From contig CDRNVI010000036.1 in NCBI GenBank assembly GCA_977017575.1, positions 143,207-207,206 of the forward strand: a stretch of 64,000 bases of DNA. Reading direction: 5' to 3'. The position numbers and the translations under genes are program-made. Below are positions 20,835 to 29,441 of this stretch, in pieces (position 1 is the first letter of the stretch; every line of letters begins with the position of its first letter). Source of the stretch: Paramoeba atlantica (lineage: Eukaryota; Protista; Discosea). The notes under the pieces were generated by a model, which was not told the DNA's origin, made no database searches, and saw nothing but the letters and a program-made list of their open reading frames with translations.

Positions 20835-23204
20835 TCAGCTAAAATGGAATGCAAGAGCAGACCAATCTACTGCAACACTCTCAAGATCAGTTTCGGAACT
20901 TACAAAAGTGTCTGTACTACTCCATGTTATGAGGCCCTCCATTGCCTTGCTGAGATACGTCAAGGCAAACAGCCAATTCCTGAAACTTGTTTCACTCCTG
21001 AGATCTGAAGATTTTTGCCGTGTCGCCCGAGCAACCTTTCCCACGCTGCTCTTTGGTCCCACTTTTGGCTCGTCTTCGCGTTGTTTCAGACTTCTATAAT
21101 CGGTTTCGATCGCTTTCAAAAGTTCTACCAAGGGCATGTGTGTAACTTTTACTCCGGTTTTTGCTTCAGAACCTACAGAGAACGATTGACCCGCAGCGCT
21201 ATTCCAACCTTGGCTCTTGTGAATCAACCATATGATGACGTATCTTAACCACGAGACTTCTTCCTCCTTATGCGAAGAATCCTTTAATGCCTCTAACGCA
21301 TAGTGTTCGTTGCCCTCCCACAGCATTTGTTTGATATCGCGTATATGTGAAGTGGACCGGCTTCCTCGAGTAGAGTGAACGGATCCGATCCCGTGAGCGT
21401 GAAAGTCATGACAGGATTCTACTAAATCGGGATTTCTGTTTGGTCCTGCATTTACACCTGCCATTGTGTTCATCTCAGGTTCACCAGTAGGAAAGGGAAA
21501 GGCGGCGTGACTGTGACGAAAGAGCAAACGTAGTGCATCGCACCGAATGGTAAAGCGTTGAGGAATGTTTTCTGATAATGTTCGTTTGCAGCACAGGCAC
21601 AGCCTAGAGCACAACGTCGCGGCTTCGGCAAGGAAGTCGTGCAAAAGCGTATCCTCTCCAGAATATGTATGTTTCTCGTTGTAATCATGAGCTTGTCGGT
21701 GTTCGTTAATCGATGGCATCCTAGGCTGAGCACTTGTGCGCTCGTACTGTGCTAGATGGCTGAAGTCTACACTCTCAATCAGCTGTTCACCGAAAGACTG
21801 AAGAAATTCTTGTTCCAACATAGAGAGATCCCAGTCTTTGTCTTCCAAATAGGATGAAATTTCTCTTTCCCTTGCTGTAATCCAGAGAATAATTTTACCC
21901 ATTATTTGTAAGGATATTTCTCTGTTGCGAAAGTAGTGAAACGTGTATAGCCAAAGAGACTCTGTTCCATCGTCCGTTTGGCTTTTGTCTTGCGCCGCAG
22001 CGACATTCGAATTCTTAAAAGGTGATTGTTTACCCTTACTGCCTTTCTTTCTGCTTTTGGAATGCTTTTTGTGTGCTTCAGAGTCATTGGTCCCACTGAC
22101 CACTCCGTAGACCGATGCATGTGTCAAAATACACGACACACAAAGTGAAATAAAGGAAGTTACTCCATGGAGCTGTAAAGTAATGCCCAGGTGGCGAAGC
22201 AGATCATGGGAAAATCTTACCACCACAGGGCTATGAAATACCCAATGGCCCAGAAATTCACATAAAAAGTTACAGGAGTCAAAACGTACGATTGACGCAA
22301 GAGGGAAGACCGATAGAGGTGATGGAAACCGAGTACGGATGGTTTTCGGTGCCTTAACAGGAGCAAATATGTGCCAATAGGAATCTAACTTGGTATTACA
22401 TCCAGCCGTCTGGGATGAGTTTTGTGAGATCCATAACTGTAACTTAAGCGGAGGTGTAGGGATGTCTTGAAGGCTACAAAGCGTTATAAGCTCTTGGATA
22501 TGCCTTAGAAACTCGAGAAAATAGAACACAGAATCCTCATGCTTAGAAGCGTCTAAAAATACAATGTGTTGAAGCTGCTCACTACTTTCTTGTTGAGAAA
22601 TCACGTCCCACATAAATAGAGAGGAGAGGTTGCCAATAGGATAATGCAAACCTCGTGATTTCACATCAAATCGGCGAAGTCTTTGAGAAGATCCAAAGAG
22701 AAAATCAAGATTGTATTTTTCAGAGTTCGGCGAATTACAGTTTTCACGATTCATTGAAAAATCTTGACTTACGATTTTGCGCCGTTTCCCCCCATAGGCT
22801 GCTTTGCATTTCTCTCTCGCTATACGATAAGACAGTTCTTTCTGATTAATCTTCGAAGGTGGTGGAAATATGACGTCATATAGGGACTGCATTCTTTCCC
22901 TGGTTGCTTTCGAAATGCCATTCACTGGACAACTGAAGGCTGTGTTAGCACTAGAATATTCATCTTTCAACTGGACTTGGAGAGTTTCGTATAATATATC
23001 AAGCGGAACATTATCTTCAATGGGAAAAAGCACAAGAGAAAGGTCGCATAAAATTCCGGAACTATCCTGCAGAAATAGTGAGCTGTTCGCATAATATTGC
23101 TCCTGTAACTTCGTTATTAGGTCGGCACAAGGAGGTCGCAAGCAGTTCCTCAACGAATCGAACGCGCATCGCTCTATCGAGTTCGCGAGATCGCTAAGAT
23201 CCAT
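20835..23204 (-). CDS. ORC3-like origin recognition complex subunit (divergent)
   Basis: HIVFLD..HEDSVF..L, then VRFSHDLLRHLGITLQLHGVTSFISLCVSCILTH, resembling the ORC3 AAA+ lid; C-terminal FRNWLFALTYL in the WH position. Confidence 0.45.
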   Translation of the reverse strand: MDLSDLANSIERCAFDSLRNCLRPPCADLITKLQEQYYANSSLFLQDSSGILCDLSLVLFPIEDNVPLDILYETLQVQLKDEYSSANTAFSCPVNGISKATRERMQSLYDVIFPPPSKINQKELSYRIAREKCKAAYGGKRRKIVSQDFSMNRENCNSPNSEKYNLDFLFGSSQRLRRFDVKSRGLHYPIGNLSSLFMWDVISQQESSEQLQHIVFLDASKHEDSVFYFLEFLRHIQELITLCSLQDIPTPPLKLQLWISQNSSQTAGCNTKLDSYWHIFAPVKAPKTIRTRFPSPLSVFPLASIVRFDSCNFLCEFLGHWVFHSPVVVRFSHDLLRHLGITLQLHGVTSFISLCVSCILTHASVYGVVSGTNDSEAHKKHSKSRKKGSKGKQSPFKNSNVAAAQDKSQTDDGTESLWLYTFHYFRNREISLQIMGKIILWITAREREISSYLEDKDWDLSMLEQEFLQSFGEQLIESVDFSHLAQYERTSAQPRMPSINEHRQAHDYNEKHTYSGEDTLLHDFLAEAATLCSRLCLCCKRTLSENIPQRFTIRCDALRLLFRHSHAAFPFPTGEPEMNTMAGVNAGPNRNPDLVESCHDFHAHGIGSVHSTRGSRSTSHIRDIKQMLWEGNEHYALEALKDSSHKEEEVSWLRYVIIWLIHKSQGWNSAAGQSFSVGSEAKTGVKVTHMPLVELLKAIETDYRSLKQREDEPKVGPKSSVGKVARATRQKSSDLRSETSFRNWLFALTYLSKAMEGLITWSSTDTFVSSETDLESVAVDWSALAFHFS

Positions 23205-23529
23205 TTACCCTCGAAAGCCTGCATCTCAACGAAAAAGATTAATATTTTTTTTACTATATAAAAGTGAGTCACTCATCACGTAAGTGAAGTGTATCATACC
23301 TTTGGGCTACATTATGGAGGTACATCACTTGATACAGGTTTATCTATTGTGGTGAGCTACAGCAATATTACAGTATATCCTCCCGACGCACAGGGGACGT
23401 CTTGTAGCGTGCGTGCAACAAAATCAGAATTAAAAGAGCACACAAATTGAATATATGTACGCACCACAGCCATATAATATGATCGTATGTTTGTATTCCT
23501 TGCATTACATAATATTCGTATAAAAGTAA

Positions 23530-23811
23530 TCACACAAGGTGTGCCGGATGATCTACTTCGTCCGGAAGATTTTGATAATCGCTCCACTCAATGTCGATTA
23601 GGCGGTTGTTATAGGCTTCAAGTGCTATGGAAACGCGATTTTCGCCTCGGCGACCGCACTGCCCTAGTCTGTCCTGCATACGTAAATCGTATATTGTTCT
23701 CGTTGGGTCTAATCCTGTTACGTTCGGCTGGCCCAACTGAATTCCAGCCATTCCTATATTCTCTGACTCGTTTTCACGATGGCTTTCACGACGTGCCATT
23801 GGCAGCATCAT
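23530..23811 (-). CDS. Small hypothetical protein (93 aa), weak APC13-like motif
   Basis: ATG-started ORF on the cluster strand after a T-rich tract; ends RLIDIEWSDYQNLPDEVD. Confidence 0.4.
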   Translation of the reverse strand: MMLPMARRESHRENESENIGMAGIQLGQPNVTGLDPTRTIYDLRMQDRLGQCGRRGENRVSIALEAYNNRLIDIEWSDYQNLPDEVDHPAHLV

Positions 23812-24063
23812 ATAAAAAAAATTCTTATGAAAATTTCTTAAAGAAAATAACAAATAAGAGCATCGACGATAGAAAAATTAATGTTTTACATGACGCTGAA
23901 CTTGTAAAAAATGGCGAAACTAACGAAGGTGGGTCATTCCTTCCCCATGTCCCCCACGTTCACACTTGCGATTTCGTCAGCACAGTACAAGGAATAAATA
24001 ATACTCAAGTGGATACCGCTCTTTGGAGATGATGTCACACAGGCGTGATATACAAAGGCGTGA

Positions 24064-25647
24064 TTACGTCCATGGGTAAAAATTGCTATGCAACACAATC
24101 CCCAAAATGTTCCATAGCAAAAGATATGAAAACAACACGTGTCTTGCACGTGGTGGCGACCCGATGTACAAATTTGATAAGATCCACTGTACGGAAGGCA
24201 AACTAAACAAAAAACGGGGAATGACTTGAAAGTGTACTAGACATAAAGCTATCGCAGTGTTAACAAGAAGCATAAGATTGCACGCCAGGTGATAATGTTG
24301 CTCTACGTCCTTTTCTGATATCAGATGTGCCTGATTTTTGATAACCACTCGATTAGGGATGCTGGATTTTTCTATTCGCCAGACACTATTCCATAGTAAA
24401 ATAATTGGATTCAACGGGGGACTCAAGCCCTTTCTTTTGAGGCCCCACACAACCACGAAGAGGATAGGAAACGCAATGACCAAATTTAACAATTGTAAAT
24501 ATTGAAATTGAGACAAGAAACCAACATTCCAATATTGGCTCTGTATCGAGGAATAGAAAGCATAAAAGGGAACACCACAAGGCATGTGGCTATCATCCTT
24601 TCCGAAAACTGTAGAATTGTAATTTACTAAATCATCTGTTGGACAACATTCGCGCTGTGCGCAATACTGAAACAGGAAAAAAGGAATAGTCGTAATTGCG
24701 GCACATACACCCATGACGATCATAGCCGTAGTCCCAGAAAGGAGCTCTTTCCATTTCTGAAACGTATGCTTCCGACACCGAAAAAAGCAGTACAGCGTTT
24801 CGGTACCGATTAAATATCCGCCATAGAAGAAATATAACACATTCAGCATTCCATTCGATCGTATTGTACTAGCACCTAAAAAGCAAAGTGTAGCCGCGCT
24901 AGCAAAAATACTGTATTGCACAGGTTTACGCCATTTGTTTGGGGGTCGTCTTGTAGAGCGATGAAAATAGGCCTCCCAGCAAAGCAATAAAAAATAACAT
25001 CCCCAGTTACTAAGACATGCGTACATGACATCACAATACGCTGCTTGTGTGAATATACCCGCGGGAGAGAGAAGGTAAAAAAGAGTTGATAAATCCGACA
25101 TTGGTTCACTGTGAAAGATCAAACTGGTTAGTTTGAAAAGCCCGAGTGCAGAGAGGAAATACATCCCTATGTTGAGTCCCAGAGCACAGATTGGAAACCA
25201 AGAAGTGAATGAACAGAGGCGAGAGAGCAAGGCAGGGTATCCTGGATAGAAGGCAAAGTAGTGTACAAACGGGTAGGGTGCTGTGTAATGCGAACAGAAA
25301 TTATGCAGAGTCGATACAGAGACCTTGCAACGGGAAGAAACGGTTTGATTTTTCTCATAGTTCAATCTCATGTGCTGTTCTCGATGTGCGATATCGGTAA
25401 AGAAGACACTGTCCCAGTTAAAAGTATGGGCGAGTAAATCAACATAGCTCAATGCAGGTACGTCTCCTGAAACGTTATCTTCTTTAGGATCGTTTTCAAG
25501 AAACGAATGTGGAGCCTGTTGCATCTCTCTCATTGTCATCGCTGTAGACAAGTCATAGTCATCCAGCACCTTGTGCGACAAGATCGCAAAAAACAGCAGT
25601 GACGTCCTGATGACAAGAGTCAGAAAAAGAAGACGGAAGCCGCGCAT
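24064..25647 (-). CDS. PIGV: GPI mannosyltransferase 2
   Basis: WDSVFF..IA, FAFYPGYP, YWNVGFL, FQVIPRFL; multiple TM segments. Start placed at MRGFRLL (25647). Confidence 0.88.
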   Translation of the reverse strand: MRGFRLLFLTLVIRTSLLFFAILSHKVLDDYDLSTAMTMREMQQAPHSFLENDPKEDNVSGDVPALSYVDLLAHTFNWDSVFFTDIAHREQHMRLNYEKNQTVSSRCKVSVSTLHNFCSHYTAPYPFVHYFAFYPGYPALLSRLCSFTSWFPICALGLNIGMYFLSALGLFKLTSLIFHSEPMSDLSTLFYLLSPAGIFTQAAYCDVMYACLSNWGCYFLLLCWEAYFHRSTRRPPNKWRKPVQYSIFASAATLCFLGASTIRSNGMLNVLYFFYGGYLIGTETLYCFFRCRKHTFQKWKELLSGTTAMIVMGVCAAITTIPFFLFQYCAQRECCPTDDLVNYNSTVFGKDDSHMPCGVPFYAFYSSIQSQYWNVGFLSQFQYLQLLNLVIAFPILFVVVWGLKRKGLSPPLNPIILLWNSVWRIEKSSIPNRVVIKNQAHLISEKDVEQHYHLACNLMLLVNTAIALCLVHFQVIPRFLFSLPSVQWILSNLYIGSPPRARHVLFSYLLLWNILGIVLHSNFYPWT

Positions 25648-25862
25648 TTTCTGCCTACATGTAGGAAAATACGTCCGAGGTTCACTTACATAAGCATACA
25701 CATAAACACATCTGAGTAAATCAATGCCTGTACAACTGCATACTAGTACCACAGAAGTAAATTACTTTCTTTTTGACATACAACTACGCCTTCCCTACAG
25801 TTACCCTAAAGTAGTTGAGACTCTACATGAACCTAGGATAAGGCATACACAAGCGTAAGAGG

Positions 25863-26681
25863 TCATTGCCCTACATTTATCGACTTTACTTTTTCAAGAA
25901 GACAATTATACAACTGTCTAAGACTCACTGTGTCTCTAGTGGGAGCATATTGCGGTACGTTCGTTTGCTCACATCCCACACAAGATGATTTTGAGAGCAT
26001 CACACATGGACGGCATAGAAAGGCACCACAACAATGTGCGATCCACGGATCCACTCGGAGGGAACGACATCGCACACAAAGAAAGCGACCCGGAAGAGAT
26101 GCAACAGAAATAGACGGTATCGCTTTTATCACATCACTCAGAGTTGTGAGACGAGCAATCATGTCCTCTGGACGATCCTTCATTTTCATTTCAGGCATCC
26201 GATGGGCTAATGCCACGGCATGGATCATTGATTTGGGAATCGAGAGATGCGTGGTTGCCGTTTTGAGGGACTCTGCATTCTTTACGGATTCCGAATTCAC
26301 GTCTTCTGTGTTCTCAATTACACCAGTTTTAGTTGAAGCCTCGGATGCTTCGGGAGGTCCTCCTGATTTTACAAGGTTTCGTAGCATCAAGTTGCTTTCC
26401 GCCTCCTGTATCGTGGTAACATATAAACGACATCCATGTACGATATCTGCTGACGTACAGAGGCGAAGATTTGAAATCGAGAGACAAATGAATATTTTCC
26501 ACAATTTGGCATCGCCAGAGGTTGGTACGAGTTTTTGTATTCCTTCGATCACTTCATTTATTCTGTCGCCGGAAGGAAGTTGTGGCAGGACAAGTCTAAA
26601 AGGATCCGGTCGACAACTAGGAAACAAAACGCATATGCACAAATCGCAGTTTGCAGGTGACGATTCGGTTAGCATATCCAT
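25863..26681 (-). CDS. RBBP6/Mpe1-like protein (ubiquitin-like N-terminal domain + RING)
   Basis: C-terminal FLCVRC..LRVDPWIAHCCGAFLCRPC...CVGC resembles the RBBP6 RING; N-terminal beta-grasp-like segment. Confidence 0.5.
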   Translation of the reverse strand: MDMLTESSPANCDLCICVLFPSCRPDPFRLVLPQLPSGDRINEVIEGIQKLVPTSGDAKLWKIFICLSISNLRLCTSADIVHGCRLYVTTIQEAESNLMLRNLVKSGGPPEASEASTKTGVIENTEDVNSESVKNAESLKTATTHLSIPKSMIHAVALAHRMPEMKMKDRPEDMIARLTTLSDVIKAIPSISVASLPGRFLCVRCRSLRVDPWIAHCCGAFLCRPCVMLSKSSCVGCEQTNVPQYAPTRDTVSLRQLYNCLLEKVKSINVGQ

Positions 26682-26953
26682 TTTTTGCCCTTCTTCAACA
26701 TTTAAAGTAAGGGTTCAATAATTTGTACAGGTTTGTAATGGAAAATGCTAGAAGATCACCATGAATACAATTTCTTCCTACAACGAGAATACATTGCGTT
26801 CTGGTCTTTTCCAGTGCTGCATATTACAGGTCATCATAATAAAAGCAAAATTTTGAAGCTTTAAAATATTCGAGTATAACAGAAGGGCTTTCGATTTCTT
26901 TCAGTATGAACTACACACCGTTGGTGTCAGGAAAGTATGGACACAAATGTATC

Positions 26954-29203
26954 TCACTTTGGAACTTTGCCTTCCACAATTTTCTGAAACAAAGGTGGCT
27001 GTGTTTCGCCCAACGGAGTTCCAGGAGGCAGTTTGCCAAACCGAAGTGCGTCACGTCCTCGGATTAACTCTGGCTTCTCCGAAACCCCAAGCTGTTGCAT
27101 CACACGATCACAAACGTCAGGCATCACACACCCCAACAGAAGTGCGCAGATCCGCAGGCAGTCCTGCATCACGTAGAGTATCGTACCTGCCCTCGCGGTA
27201 TCCTTCCGTATCACTTTCCAAGGCTCCATATGGGTTGTATACGCATTCACACATCTTAGCACCTCAAACACGACCTTCACTCCCGTCTGCAGGTCCCCCA
27301 TCCGGAAAGCCCCATCAAAGCGTCCCACAAGCCTCTCAGTTTCATCACGCATCAGTACATCATGGGGGGTGTAGCTCCCGGGGGTTGGGACCACACGTTG
27401 GGGCACAAGCTTCACACTGACGCATCGTAACACCAGATTCCCTAACGTATCCGCGAGTTCTCCATTCAACCGAGAGACCATGGCACCATCCGAGTAGTCC
27501 CCGTCATCCTTAAACGAGCACTCCCGGAGCAGGAAGTACTTGATCGGGTCCAGACCGTAGCGCTTGACTTTTTCCCGCGGGTCAAAGGCGTTCCCGAGGC
27601 TCTTGCTAATTTTCCTACCCTCATGGGTCCACCAGCCGTGGACAATCAGTTTTCGAGGGGGGGCGTAGCCCAGGGCGAACAGAAACGCTGGCCAGTAGAC
27701 CGCATGGAATTTTAAAATGTCTTTCCCCAGCACATGGGTTCCGGGCCATCGATCGAAACCATTCGGGTGCGCACAGAGTTCTCGGTGCAACGTTTCCGAA
27801 TCCGTTAGCATCGCCGAGGTGAGATAATTGGTTAGAGCGTCCAGCCAGACATAAATCACGTGGTCGGGATCTCCTGGACAGGGAATGGCCCAATCACACA
27901 CGGATTTCTTTCGTGAAACCGAGAGGTCCGAGAGGCCGTTTTGTACGAGTTGGATAACCTCCTGTCGTCGGAACTCGGGGTAAATTACCGGACCGCTGCG
28001 TAGCCATTCTAAAAGCTGTTTTTCATATTTCGAGAGTCGAAACAGGTAATTCTGCTCGGAGACACGATGTACGGGGTGACCGGATTCTACAGAGAGATAG
28101 CGCGTACCCGTCCCCTCGGGTAATGCCTCCTCACGCACCTGTGTGGCAGTTAGAAATGACTCGTCGGAGACGCAGTACCAGCCCTCATAGGTGCCTAGAT
28201 AAATGTCGTCTTGGTCGACCAGCCTCTCCCATAGTTTCTCTACGAGGGAAACGTGCTCGGGGTCGGTTGTGCGGACAAAGTGGTTGTATTTAAAATCCCA
28301 CTCATCGAAGCAGTCCCGGAAGGAGCGCGCGACGTCGTCGGTAAACGTTTGCGGCGTTTGATTTTTATCTGCGGCAGCTTTTGCAATTTTCTGCCCGTGC
28401 TCGTCCGTTCCGGTAGACAAAAAACTTTCCTCACCTATTAAAGAATGGTAACGCGCAAGGCAGTCGGCTACTAAGGTAGAGTAAATGTGACCGATGTGGG
28501 GCGCAGCATTAACATAGTAGATGGGTGTTGTGACGTAGAAGGGATAGTTTGCCACGGATAGGGAGCGAGGGACTTTTTGCGAAAACTCCAGTTTGGAAAG
28601 CTCTGGCACTCCCAGAAGAGATAACCCAGACCGAATTGATGCTTGATTCGTCTTGAAAAAGGCCTCAAACCAAGAATGAAGATTCCCACCAAAGTGTCCT
28701 TCCTCATTCTGCAATGCATTCGTGTGTTCTAGTGTAGGTACAAGAGGAATCACGGAGGCGAACAGCAAGCACTTCATAACGGTTGTGTCATCCTGTAAAA
28801 CAGACGGAAACTTCACCGCTAGGTCTTTAATTATCGTCGCCGCATTATTAGAATCTAATTTCCCATATTGTGACTCCTCGTCAGTCGTATTTCGAAAGGT
28901 TTCAGAATCCCACTCCAGAAAACGACGTAAATTTTCATTGCCCGAATATCTATTCAATTCTGCGAGTCGGTGATATACATTTTTTGAACCTATCGTACGA
29001 ACGTCTTCCTCACCCTCCTCAAGGACAGGCCACACTTCCTCCAAGGGGAATGATGTTGGTAAATTCAATCTAAGCAAGTAATGAAAGCTTTGTTCATGGG
29101 ACAACACTGATACGCTGAGTTGGCAGTTCGTCTCCAGCGCGACTAACACGCAGCGAAAGCTGTGGTATGTGGCAGCGTTCGTGATTAGGCGCAACGTCAT
29201 CAT
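26954..29203 (-). CDS. MARS: Methionyl-tRNA synthetase with ~210-aa N-terminal (GST-like) extension
   Basis: TTPIYYVNAAPHIGH, TGTDEHGQK, YVWLDALTNY, GKDILKFHA, KISKSLGN, ELADTLGNL. Confidence 0.97.
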   Translation of the reverse strand: MMTLRLITNAATYHSFRCVLVALETNCQLSVSVLSHEQSFHYLLRLNLPTSFPLEEVWPVLEEGEEDVRTIGSKNVYHRLAELNRYSGNENLRRFLEWDSETFRNTTDEESQYGKLDSNNAATIIKDLAVKFPSVLQDDTTVMKCLLFASVIPLVPTLEHTNALQNEEGHFGGNLHSWFEAFFKTNQASIRSGLSLLGVPELSKLEFSQKVPRSLSVANYPFYVTTPIYYVNAAPHIGHIYSTLVADCLARYHSLIGEESFLSTGTDEHGQKIAKAAADKNQTPQTFTDDVARSFRDCFDEWDFKYNHFVRTTDPEHVSLVEKLWERLVDQDDIYLGTYEGWYCVSDESFLTATQVREEALPEGTGTRYLSVESGHPVHRVSEQNYLFRLSKYEKQLLEWLRSGPVIYPEFRRQEVIQLVQNGLSDLSVSRKKSVCDWAIPCPGDPDHVIYVWLDALTNYLTSAMLTDSETLHRELCAHPNGFDRWPGTHVLGKDILKFHAVYWPAFLFALGYAPPRKLIVHGWWTHEGRKISKSLGNAFDPREKVKRYGLDPIKYFLLRECSFKDDGDYSDGAMVSRLNGELADTLGNLVLRCVSVKLVPQRVVPTPGSYTPHDVLMRDETERLVGRFDGAFRMGDLQTGVKVVFEVLRCVNAYTTHMEPWKVIRKDTARAGTILYVMQDCLRICALLLGCVMPDVCDRVMQQLGVSEKPELIRGRDALRFGKLPPGTPLGETQPPLFQKIVEGKVPK

Positions 29204-29441
29204 CCTTCTACCCTGCGATTACTGAAAATTAAGAATAGAAATATGAGATAAACTTTGATTATCTAAATTTCTGTAATTTTCATTATCGTCCAGGAATAAA
29301 ATGTAAATCCTCATCCGTTGAATTAATTCTGAAAGAATCTACACATGTAATGAACCCATACAAGCACGAAGGAAAAATGAGTAAAAAACTAAAACAGTGC
29401 ACGTATTGCACACTCCGAAATACACATTCGACATAAAGTCT

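Noticed and set aside
23487-24032. 181-aa + strand ORF
   Set aside because: Opposite to the cluster strand, no homology motif; overlaps a more plausible minus-strand ORF.
25930-26721. 263-aa + strand ORF antisense to the RBBP6-like gene
   Set aside because: No recognisable motifs; shadow ORF of a coding strand.
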